A stretch of DNA of 64,000 nt, taken from positions 160,001 to 224,000 of the forward strand of contig JBPRGF010000017.1 of NCBI GenBank assembly GCA_051418015.1, given 5' to 3'. Under the pieces are notes generated by a model, which saw nothing but the letters and a program-made list of their open reading frames with translations, searched no databases and had not been told where the DNA came from. The stretch comes from Candidatus Nitrospinota bacterium M3_3B_026 (lineage in GTDB: Bacteria; Nitrospinota_A; UBA7883; JBPRGF01). Both the position numbers and the translations under genes were made by a program. Positions 56,295 through 64,000 of the stretch are shown in pieces (the stretch's first letter is position 1; each line of letters starts with the position of its first letter).

Positions 56295-58937
56295 TCATTC
56301 CCCGGGTTTTAAAAACTCGGCCATGATAGCCGCCCGCCTGTCCCTGTTCAATACGCTGACCCTGAACGTCCCTCCATCCCCGCCGGATTTGTTCGAAAGC
56401 TCCTTGTCCAGGAAGGAGGCGAAAAGGTCCGGCGTGATGTAATCCGTCGGTTCCTTGAGCCTTTTTCGGACGTTCTTGAAGTTGCTGTAAAGCTCGTTGA
56501 CGCGCTCTTTTGAGAAACCCTTCTTTGTCCTGGTCAGGATGGTCTGGTATTCAAGCTGCGCCCCATCCGGCGGCTCGAACCTGGGGAACCGGGAGTAAAA
56601 CTCGGCGAACTCGGCCCTATACCTTGCGAGGGCCTCCGGCGGGGTCACGCGGACGATCTCCGACAGGGTGGTCTGGTCGAGCTTCTCCAGCCCGTCCTCC
56701 ACCATGTTCTTCATCCCCTCCCTCTTCGCCGCCTCGTATATGACGTTTTCGTCGCCGTTGTCCAGGACAGCCTTCGCGACGCCCGCGTTTATCGGCAACA
56801 ACTCCGATATGGCGATCCTCCCCCTGTAGCCGGAGTAGTTGCAGTCCACGCACCCCTCGCCCTTGTAGAACTTCATGTGTATCGGCTCCTCGGGGAATAT
56901 CACCCCCCACTCCTCCTCGTCCGGCGTGTACTGGCGCTTACAGTTCGGGCATATGGCCCTGGTCAGCCGCTGGGCCAGGACGCCCTTTAAGGCCGAGGCT
57001 ATCTGCAGGTTCGAAAGGTCCAGGTCGCGCAGCCGGGCGACGGCGCCTATGGCGTCATTCGTGTGAAGCGAGGAGAGAACCAGGTGCCCCGTCAGAGCCG
57101 CTTCGACGGCTATATTCGCCGTTTCCCGATCGCGTATCTCGCCCACCATCAGGATATCCGGGTCCAGCCTGAGGAACGACTTCAGCAGCCGGGCGAAGGT
57201 CAGGCCGATCTTCGGCTCCGCCTGCGTCTGCATAAGGCCCCGGACCTTGAACTCCACCGGGTCCTCGGCGGTTATTATCTTCACGTTGGGGTGGTTTAGG
57301 TAATGCAATCCGGCGTAGAGGGTGGAGGTCTTCCCGGAGCCGGTGGGGCCGGTCACCAGTATCATCCCGGAGGGGTTTCTGAGTATTTTTACGAACTTGC
57401 CGAGCATATCGTGGGAGTGGGAGAGCTGGTCGAGGCGGACGTTGGCCTTGCGGGAGTCCAGTATCCTCATGGTGACGTTCTCGCCGTACACCCCCTTGCA
57501 TATGGCGACGCGGAAGTCGAGGTTCACCTTCTCCTTCCGCTCGTTGTCGTATATGGACATGCGGAACGCCCCGTCCTGCGGCAGGCGCCGTTCGGCTATG
57601 TCCAGGTCGGACATGACCTTGATCCTGGAAGTCACCGGCATGGCCTTCGCCTGCAGCCGCTTGCGTATGGCCCCGTCGCGGAGCTCCCGGAGCATCCCGT
57701 CTATACGGTAGCGGACGTGAATGCCGTCCGGGTCGTTCTCTATGTGTATGTCGGAGGCCTTGGAGGCTATGCCGTAGGAGATTATGAGGTTCACGAGCTT
57801 TTCCGCCTCGCTGTCCTTGTCCGGCGCCACGTACATCGACACCTGCTCCGCCTCGTCCCGGCCCCGCTCCAGGGATATGTCCAGCGACTCCTGGATCATG
57901 TCCCCCAGCCCCTCGTCCATCTCGTCCCATTTAGGCTCTTCCCCGTAGATTTTCCTGTAGACGGTCTCAAAGTCCTCCTTGCGGACGAGAACAAGAGCGG
58001 TCTTGAAATTTATGATGGAGTCGAACCCCTCCAGCCTCTCGATGTCGAACGGGTCGAACAGGGCGAGGGTGAGCCTCTTGCTCACGAAGTCCAGGGGGAC
58101 GACCCTGTATCTCATGGCGTCCTTTGGCCCCACCAGGTTCCTGAGCCGCGCCGCGTCCAGCCTGCCGACCGCCTCCTCGTTCATGATCCGGAAGTCCATG
58201 GCGAACTGCCGGGCCAGCACGCGGTGGAACTCCACCTCCGATATGAGGCTCTCCTTTATCAGCGTCTCCCCCAGGGGCGCGTCGAAGAACTTCTGCTTCT
58301 CCAGGGCAAGCTCCAGCTGCTCCCGGGAGATGAGGCCCGCCTCCACCAGCATCTCGCCTATGGGGCGGCGTTTCTTGTATTTTTTGAGGATCCTGTAAAG
58401 TTGCTGGACGGATATGAACCCCTCCCCGGCCAGGATCTCCCCCAGGGAGCGGGCCAGGGAGTGCTCGGACATTATCGACCGCAGCTCCTCCTCCGACAGC
58501 ACGTTCTCATTCACCAGGATCGTCTGGAAGGAGGGGACATTGAGCTGCTGCTTCAGGCACTCGTAAAGCTGGCTCCTGTCTATGTGCCCCAGCTTCACCA
58601 GCGTCTCGCCGAGGAACTGGCTCGGCTTCTTCTCCCGCAGGGCGACGGAAAGCTCCTCCCGGGTTATGACGCCGTCGCCCACCAGCGCCTCGCCGAGCCT
58701 CTGGTTGATCTTGTATTTCTTCTCGATCGCCTCCAGGGCGGCCTTGTCCATGTACCCTTTCTCCACCAGGTACATGGAAAGGTCGAAACCCCGCGTCTTC
58801 TCCCGCTCGGCTTTCTGGAGCTTGAGGGCCGCCTCGAGCTGCTGCCTGGATATGACCCCCTCGGAAACCAGTATCTCCCCCAGCAGCTTGCCCGTTCGCG
58901 GTTTTACCGCCGTCTCCGCCCCATCCATAGTTATCAT
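56295..58937 (-). CDS. PilB/GspE family secretion ATPase with multiple MshEN repeats
   Basis: ASDIHIE, AERRLPQDG, GPTGSGKT, EDPVE, LRLDPD..VGEIRD, CPNC..CVDC; start uncertain (58928-59039). Confidence 0.92.
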   Translation of the reverse strand: MITMDGAETAVKPRTGKLLGEILVSEGVISRQQLEAALKLQKAEREKTRGFDLSMYLVEKGYMDKAALEAIEKKYKINQRLGEALVGDGVITREELSVALREKKPSQFLGETLVKLGHIDRSQLYECLKQQLNVPSFQTILVNENVLSEEELRSIMSEHSLARSLGEILAGEGFISVQQLYRILKKYKKRRPIGEMLVEAGLISREQLELALEKQKFFDAPLGETLIKESLISEVEFHRVLARQFAMDFRIMNEEAVGRLDAARLRNLVGPKDAMRYRVVPLDFVSKRLTLALFDPFDIERLEGFDSIINFKTALVLVRKEDFETVYRKIYGEEPKWDEMDEGLGDMIQESLDISLERGRDEAEQVSMYVAPDKDSEAEKLVNLIISYGIASKASDIHIENDPDGIHVRYRIDGMLRELRDGAIRKRLQAKAMPVTSRIKVMSDLDIAERRLPQDGAFRMSIYDNERKEKVNLDFRVAICKGVYGENVTMRILDSRKANVRLDQLSHSHDMLGKFVKILRNPSGMILVTGPTGSGKTSTLYAGLHYLNHPNVKIITAEDPVEFKVRGLMQTQAEPKIGLTFARLLKSFLRLDPDILMVGEIRDRETANIAVEAALTGHLVLSSLHTNDAIGAVARLRDLDLSNLQIASALKGVLAQRLTRAICPNCKRQYTPDEEEWGVIFPEEPIHMKFYKGEGCVDCNYSGYRGRIAISELLPINAGVAKAVLDNGDENVIYEAAKREGMKNMVEDGLEKLDQTTLSEIVRVTPPEALARYRAEFAEFYSRFPRFEPPDGAQLEYQTILTRTKKGFSKERVNELYSNFKNVRKRLKEPTDYITPDLFASFLDKELSNKSGGDGGTFRVSVLNRDRRAAIMAEFLKPGE

Positions 58938-59116
58938 CGGCGCTTTCTGAAGACGTGGTTGAACAGCCTTCCCGTTTCTTCCTTTTTCCAACTTTATTAC
59001 TATTGCCGGGATTTGGCAATATCGGGCGGCCGCCTCCATGGCTCCGGGACGGAACGATGTTGCAAAAACGTTTCCACGAGGGTATTCTTCATCGATCCCT
59101 GTCAGCTTGAGGACAT

Positions 59117-60010
59117 ATGCTTTTTCAGGACGTTATATTGAATCTCCAGAGGTTCTGGGCGGACCAGGGCGCGGCGATCATGCAGCCCGCGGACATTGAG
59201 GTCGGCGCGGGCACGTTCAACCGCCACACCTTCCTGCGGGCGCTGGGGCCGGAGCCGTGGAAGGCCGCCTACGTGGAGCCGTCGCGCAGGCCCACGGACG
59301 GACGCTACGGGGACAACCCCTTCCGCCTGCAACACTACTACCAGTTCCAGGTGGTGATAAAACCCAACCCCGAGGACTCCCAGGAGCTTTACATCGAATC
59401 CCTCAAAAGCCTCGGAATAAGGCCCGAGGCTCATGACATCCGCTTCGTGGAGGACGACTGGGAGTCGCCCACCCTGGGGGCATGGGGCCTGGGGTGGGAG
59501 GTCTGGCTGGACGGGATGGAGATAACCCAGTTCACCTATTTCCAGCAGTGCGGCGGGCTGGACCTGAGCCCCGTGACGGTGGAGCTGACCTACGGCCTGG
59601 AGCGCATAGCCATGTACCTGCAGGACATCGACAACGTCTTCGACCTTGAGTGGACGGAAGGGCTGACATACGGCGACGTCCATCACCGTGACGAGGTGGA
59701 GTTCTCCAGTTATAACTTCAACCACGCCAGCGTCGAGCTTCATCTGGAATGGTTCGACGAGATGGAAGGCGAGGCGCGTCGGCTCCTGGACGAGGGGCTC
59801 GTTCTCCCGGCGCACGACTTCCTGCTAAAGCTCAGCCACGCCTTCAACATGCTCGACGCCAGGGGGGCCATATCCGTCACGGAGAGAACCCGCTACATAG
59901 CCCGCGTCCGGGCCGTCGCCCGCCGCGTGGCGGAGGACTACATATCCTTGCGCGAGCGGCTGGGTTTTCCGCTGCTCCGGGGCGCCGGGAACCCGGCCGC
60001 GGGGGCCTGA
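59117..60010 (+). CDS. glyQ: Glycine-tRNA ligase alpha subunit
   Basis: [42 protein letters not shown]. Confidence 0.98.
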   Translation: MLFQDVILNLQRFWADQGAAIMQPADIEVGAGTFNRHTFLRALGPEPWKAAYVEPSRRPTDGRYGDNPFRLQHYYQFQVVIKPNPEDSQELYIESLKSLGIRPEAHDIRFVEDDWESPTLGAWGLGWEVWLDGMEITQFTYFQQCGGLDLSPVTVELTYGLERIAMYLQDIDNVFDLEWTEGLTYGDVHHRDEVEFSSYNFNHASVELHLEWFDEMEGEARRLLDEGLVLPAHDFLLKLSHAFNMLDARGAISVTERTRYIARVRAVARRVAEDYISLRERLGFPLLRGAGNPAAGA

Positions 60011-60094
60011 AAATTTTGTCTTGACCTCGCTTCTGGTAAGATTAATATGTTACAGGCGCGACTGACCCTTTGAACCAACAGGCAAGGCAGGAAG

Positions 60095-60478
60095 ATGGGT
60101 GATATTGATACGAACATAAAAGTGCTGGTGGTTGACGACTTCGCCACCATGAGAAAAATCGAGAAGAACATCCTGGGGCAGCTCGGGATCAAGAACGTGG
60201 ACGAGGCCGACGACGGCTCCACGGCCCTGCCCAAGATCCAGCAAAACAAATACGACGTCATCCTGATGGACTGGAACATGCCCCAGATGAGCGGCCTTGA
60301 GCTGCTGAAGGCCGTCCGGGCGGACCCGAACACGAAAAATGTTCCCATCATAATGGTCACCGCGGAGGCCCTGAAGGACAACATCGTGGCCGCGGCCCAG
60401 GCGGGCGTCAACGACTACGTGGTAAAACCGTTCACCGCGGCGGTGCTGGAGGAGAAGCTCAAAAAGGTGCTGAAGTAG
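60095..60478 (+). CDS. cheY: Chemotaxis response regulator CheY
   Basis: [35 protein letters not shown]. Confidence 0.93.
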   Translation: MGDIDTNIKVLVVDDFATMRKIEKNILGQLGIKNVDEADDGSTALPKIQQNKYDVILMDWNMPQMSGLELLKAVRADPNTKNVPIIMVTAEALKDNIVAAAQAGVNDYVVKPFTAAVLEEKLKKVLK

Positions 60479-60543
60479 CGGCGCGCTCTATTAGTAAAAA
60501 AACCGGCTTCGTCGCGCAGTGACCAGCCCATGGATTTTATCGA

Positions 60544-61299
60544 TTAAGACGTCACTTTCCTGGCGATGGCGTCATAAAGCATCCGCGCCTCCTTGAAGTC
60601 CGGCTTCAGGGAAAGGGCCTTCTCCAGGCTCTTCTTGGCCTTCGCGTCGTCCCCCTTTTCATGGTACGCCCTGCCCATGTTGAAGTAGAGGGCCTCGTCG
60701 TCCGGGTCTATGGAGACCGCCTTGTCGTAGTTCTCGATGGCCATGTCGTACATGTGGCCCTTGCGCAGCTCTATGCCGTACTCGTTGAAAAGGTGCTTGT
60801 TTTCCTTGTCGTAAAGCGAGTCTATCTCCGAAAGCTTCTCGAAGCTCTCCCTGGCCTTGTCCACCTCCCCCAGCGACAGGTGCGCCTTGCCTTTGCCGAG
60901 GTGGGCCTTGAGATTCTTGCCGTCCATCTTCACCGCCTGGCCAAACTCAAAGGCGGCGGCGTAATATTCTTTTTTGTTAAGGTGCCTCTCGCCCTCGTTG
61001 ACCTTGTTTTCGGCCTTCTCTTTCTTCTTGTCATCCTCCGTTTTGGGCTTGAGGGAACAGGTATGCATGGAGCAGTCCTTGAACCGGGCGCTGAACTCCT
61101 CCATGCTGATGGTGTCCATCACTATGGCGGTGGGCGTTCCGTCGGGCTTGAGGTAGTAAAGGTCCACCTCGCCCTTGGGGTTCGACTTGCAGTAATAGTG
61201 AATGTCGTGCGCCTGGGCGGAGACCCTTTTCGTCGCCATCGTCCCTGCCTCGATGGCTTTGCTCTCGTAATAGACTCCCTTGACGGTATCAGCGGCCAT
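60544..61299 (-). CDS. TPR repeat protein
   Basis: Several TPRs (AIENYDKAVSIDPDDEALYFNMGRAY). Confidence 0.85.
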   Translation of the reverse strand: MAADTVKGVYYESKAIEAGTMATKRVSAQAHDIHYYCKSNPKGEVDLYYLKPDGTPTAIVMDTISMEEFSARFKDCSMHTCSLKPKTEDDKKKEKAENKVNEGERHLNKKEYYAAAFEFGQAVKMDGKNLKAHLGKGKAHLSLGEVDKARESFEKLSEIDSLYDKENKHLFNEYGIELRKGHMYDMAIENYDKAVSIDPDDEALYFNMGRAYHEKGDDAKAKKSLEKALSLKPDFKEARMLYDAIARKVTS

Positions 61300-61378
61300 A
61301 AGAACTTCAGCGCAAGGTTATAAGAGGTTTAAAGCATACCATAAAAACAGCCGCCCCGGGCGCCCCGGCTCCGGGGCG

Positions 61379-62587
61379 TCATCGCAGGATCATGGAGGCG
61401 AAGCTGACCATCGTCTCCCGTCCGCCCTCCAGGTTCTGCTTGTACTCCAGCAGCTCGCCCCGGTCGGCGTCCGAAACGCTTAAAAGAGCGTGGAGAGCCG
61501 GATAGCCGCAGACCCTGTTCGCCTCGTTGACGGCGGCGATCTTCCGCGAAAATCCGTCCATGTCCATCCGCCCCAGGGCGGCCAGGAGCTCTTCGTCGTC
61601 GGCCCTGATCCGCGCAAGATCATCATCGCCGAGCGCCCCCTTGTCGCCGAACCTCGCCCCGACGTGCGAGAAGTCCACGCTGGCGACGTAAAAAACCTTT
61701 CTGCCGGACTCCTCGGCGGTCTTCCTGATCGCCGCCAGGAGTCTCTTTATCCTTTCCCCGTTAAACACGGGGTGATCCAGCCCCCACACCGTCTCCGGAA
61801 ACGAAAGGAGGATGGGGACGGCGGTGACCTCCGGCCTGTCCCTGAAAAGACGCGCCATGAACAGCGCCTGGAACTCTATGGAATGCTCCTTCATGTGCGC
61901 CAGGACCTGCCCCCTTATATCCTCTCCGAAATTCTTTTCCAGCGCCTCCAAAAAAGGCCTGTCCACACGCATCGGCCCCGCCGGGGTGTCGAAGTCCTTG
62001 TCCAGCGCGGAGAAAAAATCATCCGTGAGGGTATGACCCGTTCCCAGGATTACGAAAAGGTCCGCCCCGCTGCGCGCCGCCTCCCGCCAGCCCGCGGCCA
62101 TCATGTCCGCCCCTACCCGGAAGTCTATGTGCGGAGCGATCATGGCCCGCGGCGGCGGCCCGTCCTCCAAAGCCGCGCCGCCCGCCAGCAGGCCGTCGAT
62201 CAGCTCCCCCAGCTCGGCCGGGTCCTCCGGGTAGCTCTGGCCGGCAAGGCAGGGCGCCCTCGACGGGCGCGAGAGGAACTCGCCGATCACGGCGTCCCTG
62301 TGCCGCGCGAAGCGTTCGTTGTTCAACATCAGGGCGATATCCATCTGCTCTATGAGGCCCTCCACGTCCTCCCTGCTGACAGGGATGTCAAACCTTTTCC
62401 GGAAATCCTCCATGACGCGCTCGACGCTCCTTTTGCCGTCCATCAGCGCAAGAAGGCAAAAGGCGGGATAGGAGACCATCAACTGGGCGTCGGTGAGCCT
62501 GGCGGGGTCGAAAAGCGCCATCATCGTCTCGCCGTCTTTCATGACGGGGGCCGCCTCGATGGGCCGCAGGGCGGGATATTCGTTCAT
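61379..62587 (-). CDS. amrB: AmmeMemoRadiSam system protein B (MEMO1 family)
   Basis: AGQSYP, APHID, EHSIEFQ, ASVDFSHVG, VCG. Confidence 0.88.
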   Translation of the reverse strand: MNEYPALRPIEAAPVMKDGETMMALFDPARLTDAQLMVSYPAFCLLALMDGKRSVERVMEDFRKRFDIPVSREDVEGLIEQMDIALMLNNERFARHRDAVIGEFLSRPSRAPCLAGQSYPEDPAELGELIDGLLAGGAALEDGPPPRAMIAPHIDFRVGADMMAAGWREAARSGADLFVILGTGHTLTDDFFSALDKDFDTPAGPMRVDRPFLEALEKNFGEDIRGQVLAHMKEHSIEFQALFMARLFRDRPEVTAVPILLSFPETVWGLDHPVFNGERIKRLLAAIRKTAEESGRKVFYVASVDFSHVGARFGDKGALGDDDLARIRADDEELLAALGRMDMDGFSRKIAAVNEANRVCGYPALHALLSVSDADRGELLEYKQNLEGGRETMVSFASMILR

Positions 62588-62719
62588 TGTACTGTCACGC
62601 GCGGTCCTGCTGAAAAAAACCTCTGCTTTATCAAACCGGCCTGGGGGCTTAAAATAAGCCGTCCCTCGCGAGGCTTTCGCGTCCGGCGGCGATGGATATT
62701 ATAAATATTTTCAGGAGAA

Positions 62720-62941
62720 TTGACCATGGCAAAGACCTTCAGGATGATCCGCCTTGTGGGAACTTCGCAGGTGAGCTACGAGGACGCCATAAACAGCGCC
62801 GTGGCCGACGCGGCGGAATCCCTGCGCTCCCTGAGCTGGTTCCAGGTGGCTGAACAGCGCGGCAGGATAGACGAGTCCGGCAGGGTGGCGGAATGGCAGG
62901 CCGTCGTGGATATCGCCTTCAGGGTCGAAAAAGAGGGTTGA
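62720..62941 (+). CDS. Dodecin family protein
   Basis: IRLVGTS..SYEDAI..AV..A..SLR.LSWFQV.EQRG. Confidence 0.88.
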   Translation: MTMAKTFRMIRLVGTSQVSYEDAINSAVADAAESLRSLSWFQVAEQRGRIDESGRVAEWQAVVDIAFRVEKEG

Positions 62942-62953
62942 CGCCGCCCGCCC

Positions 62954-63592
62954 TCATTTTTCCCGGGCCCGGGAGAAGAAATAGGTCTTTTTCTCCTCGC
63001 CCCGAAGGAGTCTGCGGATGTTGTCACGATGGGTGAAAAAGATCAGCGCCGCCATCACCGCGGCGAGGACGATAAGCTCCGCTGGGGCCTTCTCGCCCAG
63101 GAGCGGCCCCTGGACGGCCAGGAAAACCGGGGCGCAGACGGCGGCCATCATGGAGCCGAGGGAGACGTATTTCGTGGCGCCCGTCACGGCCAGGTAGACC
63201 GCCAGCGAGGCCAGGGCGACATACGGCGCAAGCCCCAGGAAAACCCCTCCCGCCGTGGCCACACCCTTGCCGCCCCTGAAACCGGCGAACACCGTCCACA
63301 CGTGTCCCGCCACCGCCGCCGCGCCGCAGTATAACGCCGTCCTCTGGTCCGAAAGAACTCCCACGCCAACGGGCGCCGCGAAGACCACCGCCGCGTACCC
63401 TTTGAAGGCGTCCACGCCCAGGGTCAGAAGGTACGGCTTCATACCGAACAGCCTGTAGACGTTGGTGGCGCCAGCGTTTCCGCTGCCGTGTTCTCTTATG
63501 TCCACGCCGCCGATGACCCTGCCCACGATCAGCGCAGTGGGGATCGAGCCCAAAAGATAGCTCAGCGCAAGAGCCGCCGCCAGGCTCGTCAC
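62954..63592 (-). CDS. plsY: Glycerol-3-phosphate acyltransferase
   Basis: YLLGSIP, GSGNAGATN, FRGGKGVAT, HRDNI.RL. Confidence 0.96.
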   Translation of the reverse strand: MTSLAAALALSYLLGSIPTALIVGRVIGGVDIREHGSGNAGATNVYRLFGMKPYLLTLGVDAFKGYAAVVFAAPVGVGVLSDQRTALYCGAAAVAGHVWTVFAGFRGGKGVATAGGVFLGLAPYVALASLAVYLAVTGATKYVSLGSMMAAVCAPVFLAVQGPLLGEKAPAELIVLAAVMAALIFFTHRDNIRRLLRGEEKKTYFFSRAREK

Positions 63593-64000
63593 CGCTCCTC
63601 CTCCCCGCTCCCGCAGACGATGACCCTGTTCCTGCCCTCCCGCTTGGCGCGGTACAGGGCCTCGTCGGCTTTGTTCACAAGCTCAGCGGGCGACCCCGCG
63701 CCATCTGTCTCCATCCCGCACACCCCCAGCGACACCGTGACGCCCAGCCCCTCCTTCTCGGTCCGGAAGGGGCGGCGTTCCGTGTCGCGCCTTATGCGCT
63801 CGGCCAGGACCCGGGCCTTGTCCACACCGGTCTGTGGCAGCAGGATGGCGAACTCCTCCCCGCCGTACCTCGCCAGGGTGTCTATTTTCCTGACATGTTT
63901 TTTGAGCCGCTCCGCAAGATCGGCCAGTATCGTGTCCCCCACGGGATGGCCGTGGGTGTCGTTTATCCTCTTGAAAAAGTCGATATCCATCATCACGAGG
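63589..64000 (-). CDS. Diguanylate cyclase GGDEF domain (5' part outside the window)
   Basis: DIDFFKRINDTHGH..GD, RKID I-site, RYGGEEF, ADEALY.AK..GRN. Confidence 0.92.
   Translation of the reverse strand, partial: LVMMDIDFFKRINDTHGHPVGDTILADLAERLKKHVRKIDTLARYGGEEFAILLPQTGVDKARVLAERIRRDTERRPFRTEKEGLGVTVSLGVCGMETDGAGSPAELVNKADEALYRAKREGRNRVIVCGSGEEER

Noticed and set aside
53921..59141. 620-aa and 612-aa + strand ORFs
   Set aside because: Antisense to the HDOD, FlhG-like and PilB genes; no recognisable domains.

Overview
The window has two parts. Bases 1 to about 23234 are the right-hand part of a genomic island (ICE/IME-like), apparently integrated at a selenocysteine tRNA: a 3' selC-like fragment at 23202-23234 lies just downstream of a tyrosine integrase. 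The island carries a reduced conjugation/mobilisation operon (TSP3-LRR lipoprotein, SSB, lytic transglycosylase, NusA-like protein, coupling protein, MOBH-like HD relaxase, HD-GYP protein, membrane proteins, serine recombinase, GxxExxY protein). It also carries IS21 remnants, a probable Panacea/PemK-like toxin-antitoxin pair, and a visibly less GC-rich six-gene minus-strand cassette (11582 to 1076). That cassette encodes two C5 DNA methyltransferases (one frameshifted), a UvrD-PD-(D/E)XK Fe-S nuclease, Vsr, a divergent thymidine-phosphorylase-like protein, and a large Zn-ribbon/protein kinase/ORC-Cdc6-like ATPase/tandem CARF-like fusion. It is the best candidate here for an undescribed defence system. 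Bases 23369-64000 are GC-rich core chromosome: mutS2, a PLP decarboxylase, cheV, a full dcw cluster (mraZ to ftsZ), a sigma54-type aromatic-rich type IV pilin, a glycosyltransferase, a LytS/LytTR pair, tRNA-Val, an HmuY-like protein, rtcB, HDOD/FlhG/PilB, glyQ, cheY, amrB, dodecin, plsY and a partial GGDEF gene. All calls come from reading motifs by eye; no database search or GC computation was run.
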